From Paragordius varius (Eukaryota; Animalia; Nematomorpha), in assembly GCA_964247055.1 (NCBI GenBank), contig OZ176056.1, forward strand, positions 7,936,001 to 8,000,000: DNA of 64,000 nt, given 5' to 3'. The translations under genes and the position numbers were made by a program. The notes beneath the pieces were generated by a model. That model was given only the letters and a program-made list of their open reading frames with translations, did no database searches and was not told the DNA's origin. Positions 37,601 through 51,800 of this stretch are shown here, in pieces; positions within the stretch are counted from its first letter, which is position 1, and every line of letters begins with the position of its first letter.

Positions 37601-39885
37601 AAGTATGATCTATATATAAATTTTGACTTAGTAATAACTGGAATGACTGCCTTTTGATTAGAGTTAAAATAAAAAAATTGCATTCTACTGTATTTCAATT
37701 CCCAGTATTTTTAAATTATTAATATATCGTATAATATATTAAATTAACATATTAATAAAAGCAAAAACTAACCATGAAATATGTTGTCATTATTTAAAAA
37801 TTTTAAAGAACGACAGATAACAACCCTAGTTTTTTTTAGCTTGTCCGTATATCGCAAAAATTAATTTTATAAATATATATAGATGTACCAAGTATTTCAA
37901 GCGAATTGACATCAATACTATAATCTATGCCATTGTCCGGAGCTGATGTTGAATTGCTTATTGGTGGTTTTATGGTTGTTGGAGTTGAATTCCCAGCAGC
38001 CGTATCATAATATGAAAATGAATCTGGAAAATTATCAAGGATAAAATTTTTAAGAGCGCTGGGTAAGATTGTTTCCAATTCCTTGAGTTGAAGTTCTCGT
38101 TGTATTAAGGCATTCTTGCCATTTTGTCTTGGTGTATTACTACTACTTGAGTTATTTTGAGTGTCTTCTTGGGGTGCCGGAATTAGGAATTCTAGCTCAA
38201 TTTGACCAACAATACTACCGGGACTATAGAAAACCAATAAAAACAGAAATTTAACTGTTAAAATAAAATATTATGTGATTTAAATTTGGCCTGAATGCGC
38301 GATAATATTATCTGTAATTTCAACATGATCGCTCTGGTATATAAATTTATCCGAAAAGGTTATAAGGTAACAACAACTTTGATTTTATAAAGTTTGTGGA
38401 ACTTGAGGTGGTTTACACAACATTATATGAAATTTTGCCCACAAAAATCAAAAACATCGATTTTGTTTCACCCTTGTTGCTTTAATCGTAATGTTTGGAT
38501 TGAGACTGCCTTACGTTTTAAAAGTATATCCACTATATGTTTTTTACACGATTTATAATTAATTATTTATCATAGACATAATATGTAATTATAGCATGTG
38601 TAAGTATACATTGCTAGAAAGTTATTCATTTTTTGCCAAATAGTAAATACAACAAAGGGCAGTATTATTGGCTTATAGTTATTTTTTTCACTTTTTACTA
38701 TTATTAGCCAATAATGCTGCCCATTGTTGTATTTGGCAATAATTAATAACTTTCTAGCCATGCATAATTACTCCTAATGTAAAATAAAAATGTAAACACA
38801 GTATCACATATTTTATTTTCGCAAAAATTAATAATTGGAATTTTAAATACTATTTAGCAATAAAACATGATAAAAGGTTATTTTCTAACGATAGTTTGTA
38901 ATAAATTTATGATTTATGCATATCAAAATATAATATTTAAGTTAAAAAAATTTGGTTGCATATGATTTTCCATACCTAAATGACATATTGGTAAACTTAT
39001 TGAATAGTGGGAAATAGCGGAACGTCCTTTCATCCAACTAAATAAAATGTAAAAAATTATTTGATTTTTTTTTAAAAAAAACCCCCAATTTAACCAAAAA
39101 AGAAAAGTAAAATTTAGCTTACAATTATATTTTTAATTCTCCATTCCATGAGTCGAAAAGGGTGTGATTTTCTATCGCTTAGTTTTGGATCCCACACTGT
39201 TTTTCGCATGGCAAATTCTATAAACAATGTATGAAAATGGAGTAATTTTAACATAAGTGTTCAAAAAAAATTAATTATTTAAAGGTTACGTTTTCTTAGT
39301 TATTATGATAGCAAAATTATTTATTGTTTTACTTAGTAGGAAATATAATTTAGCATCGGTTAAATCCAATGTTTTTGCAAATGGGTCAGATTTTTCTTCG
39401 TTAGAAGACTCAGTTACTGAAGTTTTATTTCTATCGAATCCACCGCTGCCCAGAACGCCTAATAAAATAATATATAATAATTTAGTTATAAAGTATGTAA
39501 TATAAAATACCACCATTTAATTAATTTACATTTAAATATCATATTTTGCGCTTAATTTTTTTGATTTACTCTTATAGGTATGGGATATAATAAAGTAAAA
39601 TACTTGTTTTTAAGAGCATTCTTCGAATTTTTTTTACTTTTTATAATAATTTAAATTTTTGCATTTTGTAAAAAATATCAAAAAGTTTGGATGATTTTGT
39701 AATTTTTGTTTAAATCACATTCTATATTATACATTAGAAAATGTTTAAAAAACTTCAAGCAGAATATTAAGTGTTCAAGAGCTGATTTTAGTAAAAGTGT
39801 TAATTTTAAATTACGAGTAAAATGAAATGTTCAAGCTTATGTAGTTTAAGGTTAATTTTGAAATGGTATTATAAATTATTTACGA

Positions 39886-39916
<31 letters not shown>

Positions 39917-42900
39917 CCTAAATTTTGTCCTTTGCCAGTATTAACAATCCTTTCCGCTATTTTATCATCGCTCCGAGCGGTATTCTCAGCATTATGTCTA
40001 TCAAAAGCTGGATTGCTTTTGGCTATAAAAATAAATTTATTGATAAAAAACCCAAAAATAAAATGACAATACAGTAAAAAATAAAAATATAAACACAAAA
40101 CCTAAGAAAACTAACATTTATTTATGCGTTTCATCGTTAATTTTCCTGATATTTATTACATTTTGAAATATATGATTAAGTATATTACCAATTTACATCT
40201 CTATTCTTCTGGCAACTTTAAAAGGTAGGACCCACGAAAAATTTGGAAGTCTATAAAAGCTATAAAAATTTGCTCAAAAAATTTAAATAAAATGGATCAC
40301 TAAACATTCTTTCCAAAAATAAGTCTATCAGATTGGCGCATTTTCCAGTTTAATGTTTGAAATCTGAATAAGTTCATTATTATGCCCATATATATTTCGA
40401 AAGCAGCCCGCCAGGTTTTTTGAGTCAAAAATGCGGTTTGCAAAGCAATCTTTGTTGAAGTGTTTTAATATTAGTCTCTTAATTTTTACTTTTTGTCCTT
40501 TAATATATTTAATTTTTACTTTTCATCGTGTTTAAAAACTTATAATCAATCATAAAAATAACCAAATTTGGTTTTTAAGTGTAACTAATGACATTTAAAA
40601 GAAAAAATGAGAAAATAAAAAAATAATATATAACCTGTTAAAAAGATATCTATCTCATTCTATAATTTCAAATATATAAGGTAACATTAAAATTATTTTT
40701 TACTAATTAGTCACAAAAGCATACTCATATACTATTATATTAAAATAAATCACTAATAGTATAAAATAATATGTACTTAGAAATTTTTACTTATAATATT
40801 TAATGTTGACGATGTAACAATTTGGGGTGATTGGGTATTTTCAATTTCCACATCAGTTTTAGCCTGATACCATTGCTTGGTTGGTCGTGTTGATGAATCT
40901 TTTAACATTAAATTTAAACAAAAAATTAAATTATGACAGCAAACTGTAACTTATAAGAGAAATATATTTTAATAAACTATGAACTTAACCTTATTAATAT
41001 ACTTATAATCCTTAATTCATTTGTTCGATTCGATGTAAAATTGAGCATAAAAGAAGCTTATTTTGAATGTAAAATCTTCAAGAATTTAAAATTTATTAAC
41101 ATTTGGAATCAACACCAAAAAACTATTTTACTTATAATATAAGTAAACACAATCGATAAAAAAATTAATTGTTGATTGAAAAACGGTACAAAAACTTTAT
41201 TTAAAATCTATCAGATATCTTACTAAGATGATTATTTTTGGATCAAAATTATACATTCTTTAGAAAAAAATATAAAATACTTTGGCTGTCAAAATCTGTT
41301 GTTGAAGACGTTGTTAAAGGTTTAAGTTCAGTCTGCGATGAAATGGCCTGAAACCGTGTGGAGACAATTCTTTCTGTATTTTCCGTTGGTTTAATTACCG
41401 TAATTTTATGGTTTACGATCTCGTCATTATTTTTGATGTCAGATTGGCTATTGGCAAAAGAATTTAGCCTTTGACCAATACTTTGAATAGGAAATGTAGA
41501 AGAATTCTTTTGTGGTTGATATTGAGGTTCGGTTTCTCGATTATTATTGAAAAAATTGTCATTTATATCATCTACAGATGTAGGCGTGACTACAATAAGA
41601 CTTTCTTCAACTTCCTGGGGTTCATTTATAACGGGTGAAGGGCTTTTTTCTACTACTTTTTTATTAGGCTCATTTTGATTTCTATTGAGATTCTCACGTT
41701 TAATTGGAGGTGGGACAGTCTTAATACTCGGTTTTTGTTGTATCGTCTCTGGTATTGGTCTAAAATTTTATAATGAGGAAACGTTTTAAACTGGAACTTT
41801 TGAGAAAATATTTAAATTATAAAGATAATAAATATTAAAAGACTAATATAAATATATGAAAAATTCATATATTTACCATGACTTTTTTTCAAATTAACAA
41901 CTATTTTGGTTATGAAATAAGAAAAAATACAGATGGAAATTGGTAGCACAGCCTGCCATTTAACATAATCGTAATCATATAGTTTACATGGAATAATTAA
42001 GGATTTAAAAATATGATTTCAAAAAAGATAATTCTTTTTATTTTATGTTATGTTTTGATTTTATAATTTTACAAAACGAAAATGACATAACTTTTATCAA
42101 ATTTTTCTCAAATTGATATTACAGTATGCATTTAAATGGTTGCTTATACAGCATAGTTGGTCTCAATTTGCAACACAGTAGTGTATGGAAAAAAGGATGT
42201 AAGAAAAATATATAACTAATGTAAGAAAGTAAAAAATTGTTTTATTAACATTTTGCTGTTTTTTTCCATACACTACTGTAATGCACAAATCTTCCAACTA
42301 TCGTGTGCAATAAGCAACCATTAAAATGCATATTTAAAGCAAATACATTACCTAACATTTACAATGGTAGTTTCGCTGTTTTGTCTTCTACTGTCTTGAC
42401 GGATTATTTCATTTTTCGGAATAATATTAGAAATTCTTTCTGAAGAGGGGGTCCTAATAGGTACCACTGTATTCCTATCCCTTTCCTCCTTATTTATTGT
42501 TGGTGGTATTAAAGGTTCTCTTTGAACATTATTTCGATTATCAGTATTTAATCCATTATTGTATGTAGGTAATACTAATTTTTGTCCATTTTGAACATTA
42601 AATGATTCAGGACGCTCTGCTGTTTGTTGGGTAGTTTTAGCATTGGTTCTATGGACACCACAAAAAAATATAATTTGATAAAAAATATATTAGATGTCGC
42701 ATTGTTTAGTAATTTATAGGGAACTAATGTTTTTTTAACTGGGATCATGGTTACAAATATTTTTTTATGATATTTTAAACCATTAATATTTTAAGTTTTG
42801 AACGATAAATTTTTGAACAAAGTAATATCAAATAATATATATATATATATATATATAATGATAAGTGAAATATTAGCCATTTATTTACATTAATTAAGTA

Positions 42901-45764
42901 AAAAAAATAGGATTAGAAACAAATTTGAACTTAAGGACAATGAAGTCGGAACCATGTCATAATGATATTTTTGGAAATCAAAAAACTCTGAACTCTAAAG
43001 TTTTTACATTTTTATAACCAAAATATCATTCCTTTATTACCTTGGAGTTTCTGGCGATTTTTCTGCCACAATATTTTGCGTTCTATGATTATCTCCTCCA
43101 CCCTCACCATTTATATTTCTATTTTCGGGTCTTTTTATGAGGTTATTATTTGTTGGTCTAATATTGGGAGACGCCGATTGTCTTGTATAAGGTGTATTAA
43201 TTTCCAATCCATTATCATTATTATTTCCAGTTATTTTGTTTTCTCTTGAATTTAATGAGGAGGGGGGTGATGATGGTGTTTGAGACAATTTTATAGCACT
43301 ATTGTGATTTTGATTTCTGGAATTTATCTCATCAGGGGTTTTAGTAGTTTCCAGTAATATATCGGATTGGAAACGGCCTTCAACTTTTTCGTTACTATTC
43401 AAAGGTCTGCCCTCTGTACGTTCTCTTTGCCTTTGAAGTTCTAATTTACGGCGATATTTGATTCTTTCTACCACTGGTCTACATACAGTTTGACATTCAA
43501 GTTCACTGTCAAATCTGTCATACATGGTATGCAAAAAATAAAATAAAATAAAATTTACAAAAATAAAATTTATATTGGGTAAAATATTTCACTCGGCCGC
43601 ATGTTGGCCCTTCGATGCGAAAAATCTGTATAAAAATATGATTCTAAAATCTTAGTAAAATCAACATTTCATTTATAATTTTCCTAAATATCTATTCAAT
43701 TGGTAAGTGATCTAGAAAAAAATGTTATATTATGTTTGCGTTTAACAGTCATACGTTTGAAATCTAATAAGTTATATATGATGCCCAAGTATATATATTA
43801 CGGATATAGACCGCCGTTTTTCGAGTTAAAAATGCGTCACCCCTGTACTAAAAGATTCGGTCTTTAATAGTTAACAATGCATTTATAACAAAAACCGGTG
43901 AAAGTTGTTAATTACATTTTAATATTAAGTGAGGGATTTAAACGATATTATATGGTAAAAAAACTGTTAAAATTTAAAAATATAATAAAATTTAAATCTA
44001 TGATATTGATAGAAAAGTTACTTGATTTTTGTATATGTAACTTAGTTTCAACCATATATTCCCAAATAAATGTAAATTAATAATTAATTATAATCAATAT
44101 ATCCATAAGCAGTTAGACCGGTTCTTAAAGTTTTTTAACCAATTTAAAAACATAAAAAAATGAAACCTAAAAAATTGAAGTAAAAAATTTGATGATAAAA
44201 ATTAAAGCAACCTATTAAGACTCCCGCGACAGTTACCATAAGCAAATTGGATGCAAGTTAAAGAATTGACATCAAAAAACCATTTAGTAGAATACTGAAA
44301 ACAGGGGCCAGGATCAGGTGTAAATAGGCAAAATTGCGTCTTGGATGTTTCTTTCACATATTCTAATGAGCAAACAAAAAAAATCAAAATTAAAAAAAAT
44401 AATGATTATTTAGTGTTACGATTTTTATAATTAAAATTTGAATTTGTAATAATGAATAATGATTGTTTCGGATTTAATCTTATTATTTAATTGTTATAAA
44501 TTGAAATTTATATACTATAAAAGAAAATATTTTTTGGTGAATTCTATTTTTCAGCTCCAAACGCATTGTTATCAGGTAGGATATAGGATAGTTTAAATTG
44601 TAAATAATGCACTTATGAGCAATTTCATCTTACTTTCCCGTTTAAAAATAAATATAAATATATTATATTTACCTTTAATATGTTAATAAAAATTATTATA
44701 CATAATAAAGGAATCCATTTTTATGCTAATCAAAAACATTTTTAGGTTAAAATTTTTTTTTAAAATACAAAATTAAAATGAATTACCATCACCATGGACT
44801 TGTACAATGTATCGTGTATACGTATTTTTACGTTCAGCCGTTTCATTATTAATACTGGCTCTAGATTGATTACTATTTAGATTTCTCGTAAGATTGCTTC
44901 TTTCCAATATTTCTCCATTTTGGCTATTGAGGTGGTCTCTTAAATTTTCAGCGTTATTATTGTTTTCATTGATATTTGGTAAATCGAATACAAGGACATT
45001 TCTTCTATTTTCTGTGGGTGGCCCTATTATTGGGTCAATAAAAGTCCTGGATGGGTTTTGTTGAGGTGCTGAAGAATTATTTCCTAACAAAGTATTATTT
45101 TGACCGAGATGAAGTAATCGCATATCAGTTATAACATTTGTGGCATTATTAAATGGGCGTCTATATGTGTTATACAGTAAAATAAAATAAAATGGGTTTG
45201 TAATCATCACATTTTAAACGTAAAATATGTTATATTTTTACTTTATACTTTAAATTTTAGTTTATATTTTAATTTTATTGCTAACGTTTGACAAAGATTA
45301 CTTGTAGTAATCGGAAAATTCATAATAAATTCATATAATTTTAGCTGGATTAAAATTGCAACATAATAAAACCAACTATTTTGGAGAAAATAAGTCACAT
45401 AATGATATAAACCATTCACAGTTCAAATTCACCCTTTAACAATTCAAATTCACCCTTGAACAATTCGAATTCATCTTCGAACAATTCAAATTCACCCTTA
45501 AACAATTAGAATTAACCGTAAAAATAATTTAAAATTTCGGTTGATATAACTCATTATTAATTAGAAATATAATATTATGGCTGGATTTATTATTTTTAAT
45601 TAAGTATATTTTAATTTAAAACAAAATTTATTTTTTAAAAATATATAAAAATATAGGTAATTTTTTATTTATATATATAATTTATTTGGGGGTGATTTTC
45701 ATTTGTTCGAGGGTAAATTTGAATTTTTCAAGGGTATAAATTTTTTTAGTTGTCTTGATTCATT

Positions 45765-45835
<71 letters not shown>

Positions 45836-48800
45836 TGATTCCTAAAAATGGTAATCATATTTATGGGTACATTATCCCCATGACTTTTTATCAAATATTT
45901 ATTGTAAAAAAATTATTTAAAATTTAATTTGGCTCACAACCTATAAACATAATGACTAATTATTTTTACTTAATAATGAGGTATGTATATATATATATAT
46001 ATATATTAAAGATTTCAAATTCAACCTTAAACAATTAACCCCAAACAATTATTTTAGAAAGGAAATTTTGTTTAAAATTATAATACAATTGCCATTACGT
46101 TATATTTCATATTAATGATAATTTATATTACCCCGATTATGCATAATTAATTTTTAGAATGAATTTGAATTATTCAAGGGACTAAATGTATGTATATATA
46201 TATATGGAAAAAGCATACAAATCTTAGGGGCAAATTATAAAAATTGAAATTCATCTATCAATAAAATGCATGATTTTAAGGAGGCGTCGTGTCATTATAA
46301 CACACAAAAGTGTTTTCATTTATTGAGATAAAATGACTGAATTTGTACTAACTATCCCTTATTTTGTCAAGATATGGTTAAATTTAATATTGTAATTTTT
46401 TATACTGATAACCAAAAAAACTGAATTATATTTTTTTTATAAAATTCTTTCTAAATAAAAATAGACTTACAAAAGTGTTTCCGTATCCACAAATATGACA
46501 CCATTCTCGCTAACTATCCCATTTTTCCGCGTTATAGGCAAATTTTGATTTTGATTTTGTCGCTGGGTGTAATAACATTAAAAATTGAAATTATAAAGAC
46601 ATAAAGTAATTATTAAAAAAAATATTTTACAAAATAACAACATATTTTTTTACATCTACGTCACAAAACTTATCACTTGATTTGAGATTTAAATTGATAT
46701 TACATATTATATATAAAATTATAAAAGTTAATATAAATAAAAACAAAACAAAAGTAATAGAGTGTCTTTTTTCTTATAAAAAGATTAGTTTCTTCATAGT
46801 GTCAACAAGAACAAATAGTAAAATTAATCAATGTACAATTCATTAAATTCAAATGTATCCGCGAAATTCGTATATCAAATGCTGGATATAGTGTTGTTCA
46901 ATTTAATATATTTTACGAGAGTTATGTATTTTTATAAATCTAAATTCTTACTTCATTGCCATTTTCACGTTCTTGTTCAGAGTCCTCAAAATTTACTGAA
47001 GATTGTAGGCTAGGAAATTGTTGATTATTATTATTAAGATTATTATTGGGAATTCTATGATCATTATGTGAAGCATATCTTAGAGCTGGTCCCCTTTCCC
47101 GTTCACCCAACTGTACAATGTGTAAACTTTGAGGGTCTAACCCTTGTAAATGACGTCGAGGGAAATCATATATCGTAGGTTGATTTGGTAGAGCCTAAGT
47201 GCATGCATAAATATGATAGTAAAAATTTCGAATAAATGGTTCTTTTGAACAAAAAATTTAAGCATTAAAAAATTACCTTTTAAAAAAAAAAAGACTATGG
47301 TAACAAACGTAAATGTATATAGCAGCTTTTATAGCCTAAAATTACTTTTGTCTATTTTAACCAAAACCATTTCTTGAAATTTTGTAGCGAAAAAACAAAC
47401 GGACCTATACGGTACTGTACTAGCAACCATTTTACAAATAGCCAATTTTAGAGAGTTTTCTATATATATATTTAAACGTAATTAAAAATTTGACATAATT
47501 TATATTAGTACCAATCATTTTCTTTTATACTATCCATAATTTCTATCTAACATTAAACATTTTATTTTTATTGTAAAAATTGGTATAAATTTAAATTTTT
47601 TTAAAATACAAAAAGTAAATTAAACAAAAAAGCAAAAATATTATTGTACTCTTTGAGATCCGCGTTCATCATAAACTGCTAAATTCGGATTTGAATTTGA
47701 TGTCTGAGGACGATTTTGAAAAGATAAAGATCCATTTTCCCCCTCAAGTATGTTTGAGATAGTTTGAGGCCTTCTTACTATGTTACCATTTATAGGCGAT
47801 TGGCCATTAGAGCGTTCACGCGTATCGTAATAATATTCTTCTAAAAAATTATTTCAGATTAAAATTATAAAAATAAAGCGTAAAAATTAAAGGACAAAAA
47901 AAATTATTTGCCATACTTTTTTTAACCTTGGGTTTTACGATAAAACCTTTATAATTACAACTGGGTAATACAACATAGATTGTGTGTATACCAATTTACA
48001 TCTCTAATTTCTTATTGTTGGAGCTTTAAACGATACGTTTATTAATAAAATTTGGGTTAAAAAATATGTTTGTATATATAAAAAAAATATTTGTCTCTTA
48101 GTCTTAGTTTTGTCTTTATATTGTAAATTAATGTATTATTGGGTAGGGTAAATAAAATTGGTCAAATTTATTTGGTCTTCTTTATGAGAAGGTATAAGGG
48201 CTGGGTCTGATTGGTTATGAAAGATTTTGGTTATTTTAAACATTTTTAAAAGTCAAAAAATAAATGGGCATAAAAAAATCATTTTTAAATTATAATTTTA
48301 TTAAAAAATTACTATCTTAATCAGAATTTTCTTATCTACAATACCTTTTTTACACTAATACTGTACAAAAGCATATATAAAAGATAGTCATTAGTTATAA
48401 TTAAACCACCTTTTCCCCATAATTTTAACAGTAGTTTTTTAATTATGAACAAACTTTGTTTTATATCATACGATACTGTATTGTAATCATGTATCGCATA
48501 TACAGTAGGCACTCTTATGCTGGCTAATTCAAATTATTGTTGGTCAATTTCTAATACCATAGCGTATGTTATAAAACAATTTTTTTCCATAATTAAATGA
48601 ACAACGTAATGTTGTAAGATAGGAATTTTGTTAAATTTAAACAATTTGTAGTTGTTTTTACCTATTGTGTTGCCAATTGGCCAACTATATATAAAGTAAA
48701 TAATAAATTATACTGTATATTCTATTTTAATGGTTGCTTATCACACACTATAGTAGGGCAATTTGCAACACAACATGAGTGTACGGAAAAAAGAAAGTAG

Positions 48801-51800
48801 GAAATAATAATTTACTCATCATTTTGTTGTTTTATCCATACACTACTGTGTGTTGCAAATTGCCCCACTATAGTATATGTGCAAAAATAAGCAACCATTA
48901 AAATGCATACTGTAAAGTAGCAAAAAAACCAACCAACCAACCTGGACAAAACTCCATACAAATGGGTCTCATTAGTATCGGTTGCATATACGGGTAAAAA
49001 TTTTCGCGTTCAGTTTCACTAAAATTTTTACGGCTATTGAAATTGCGCATAAAATCGATGGCTTCAAACGATTTCTGATACGAAGGGACAAAGAAATAAA
49101 AACAATCTACATCAGGATTATGAGCGGCATCTTGTCCCGATGAAAAAAATAAGTCTTGATCTATATTATGTATATATATAAATAAATAATTACAGAAATG
49201 CATACTTTAATTTATCAAAAATTAATTTTCTGCTTTCATTAAATGGGTATAAATATTTGGTAAAGAATAGAAAAAACAAGAGCTCTATGGTATTAACAAC
49301 AATATTATATTCATCAAAAAAGTATAAGAATTACCATAGAGCTTTGTTTTTTTCATTCTTTACCAAATATTTATACCCATTTAACGAAAAAAATAAATAA
49401 AATTAAATAATAGATACATCACTGTATTTAAAATTTATTCTAAAACAGGGGGGTGCCCAACATGCGGCCAGCTAAAAATCTGGATACCCATAAAATTTGC
49501 AAAAATATGCTTATAAAATCTTCATAAAATTATCATCTTTTAATATTTTTTTTAATATTAACTATATTGGCAAGAACAACTAGAAAAATCTGTTGCATTT
49601 GTTTGTAATTTACATTCTTAAGTTTACCCATATATATTTACTTCAAACATTTTTTCATTTTAAAAGGCGGCCCCTGCGTATAATGTTAAAAAATGGAATA
49701 TATTTTAATGATTAAATTTAAAGATTCAGTTTAATTTTCATATCCTTTTTGAGTTAATTCAGTTTAAATATCGTTTTATATCATAAAATCACGAATTTCG
49801 ATTGATAGAAAAGGAGTGTATATTTTATTAACTAAAACCATACTTTTACCCTATTTATTTTGTATATACCATTTACAATTTAAATCACCCTTCAACAATT
49901 CAAATATACCCTAAACAATTCAAATACACCCTAAAAATAAATTATATGTTTTAGGGATAACATAACTCATCATTAATATATTTTTACGACATAGTTATTA
50001 TTTTTTCAGGATCAGATTTTCATATTTTAATAATATTATAAAATAAAGGTAATTTTTAAAGGTAATTTTTGAACTTAAAAAGACATAATTCTTAGGGTGA
50101 ATTTGAATTGTTCAAGGGAATTTGAATTCAAGGGTGAATTTGAACTGTAAATGGTATATATTAATATCTTACATTTAAATATTTCGCAAATTTACTATTC
50201 AAGCAAAAAAATCAATTTTAAAATAAAGTTATCGTTGAAAATAAAAATATTTTTGCCATCATAATTCATATTGCCGATATATTTTTGAAAAATGTGTGTT
50301 TCATAAATTAAGCACAAAATAGGGTTTTAAATCAATTAATTTTTGTTTAAAGGTATGAAAAAAAATAATTTAGGGATTCTTTTTAAAGGAATAAGACCTA
50401 ATCTATTTTATTTTTTATCCTATATAAAAATAATAAATAATAATAATTTTAATTGAGGATTGTTTCCTTAAAAAGTTTTTTGGCATATACATAAGATTAA
50501 AAAATATTTCTTTTCGCTACTATACAATATTTTTAAGTATTTATCTTATGACTTAAATATATTTCATGTTTTAAGTTCTAAAAAAGGGGTGCTCTTTAAA
50601 TTTAAATCCAATCTTATTAGCAGGCCAAAATTTATAATCCAAAAATATATTAATAATTTTTAAGTTTGTGAAAACGCACATAAAGATATTTAGTAAAAAA
50701 TAAATCAAAAACTTTCAAGGATATTATTATATTGTTGAGGTGATGTCGTTTTTTCTGAATTAGCTCCTTGTGTCATACGTTGGAATGAAAGGACCATGCG
50801 GAGTTTTGGGTTTTCGACCGTGTGTTGATTACTAAAAAAATATTATTAAGATAAAAATATTTATTAAATTATACGTATAGAATTTAAAAATAAAAAACAA
50901 TCCAATCTTTTTACATAAAAATACAACCCTTGCTATTTTAAATCTTCAATTTTATATATAACTAGCGTAAATGTCGTGCTGCTACGCAGACCGAGGAAAT
51001 CCTTCGGAATTCTGGGGGGGGGGGGGGGGGGCTATTTGAAAAAAGGGATAATAAAATGATCCACATATGTGAATTATTTCGAAGCATTATTTAATAGCGC
51101 ATCCATACTAATATATTGTTTACTTGGGCGAAAAATAGATTCAAAAAATTATTTTTATTTCGACATTTGGATTTGAATGGGTCTAACGGTTTTCCGGTAC
51201 CAGATCACAAAGCCAGCATTTTCCATTTTTATTAATATATATAGATTCCTCATTGTTATGGATTGGAAAATATAATTTTAAGGTAATGTAAATTGAGAGA
51301 AAATAAGGAATAAATAAACAAATTATAGATATTTGTCTATTAGTTTTTACGTTTTGTTGACCAAATCACATTATTTTTAGGTAATTTGCAATACAATAGC
51401 ATATGGGTAAAAACTACAGTTGTTGAAATTTAAACATATTTTTCTCCCATCTTACATCATTAAATAGGTTTATTTTATTATGAAGGGAATTTGTTTAATA
51501 TACACTACAGTTTACCAATTAAACCATTTACAGTTCAAGTTCACCCTCGAACAATTAAATTTACCCTAAAATAATAATGTGTTTTTAAAGTTAAAAATTA
51601 CTTATATTTTTTAATATTTTTTTAGAAAAAAAGAAATTTTGTCTAAAATTAATATAATACTGAAAAAATAAATATGCCATAAAAATATAACTCATCATAT
51701 TAATGATGAGTTATAATAGCTGCCCAAAAACACATCTAATTTAGTTTCGGGGGTGAATTTGAATTGTAAATAATTGATAAGTTAACATTTTTTTACCGTA

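Noticed and set aside
43592-43624. Small AG-GT bounded segment within the Kunitz intron as an exon
   Set aside because: It would interrupt the NRF...C motif, which is completed properly by 43514, and it resembles the hAT-MITE end CAACATGCGGCC.
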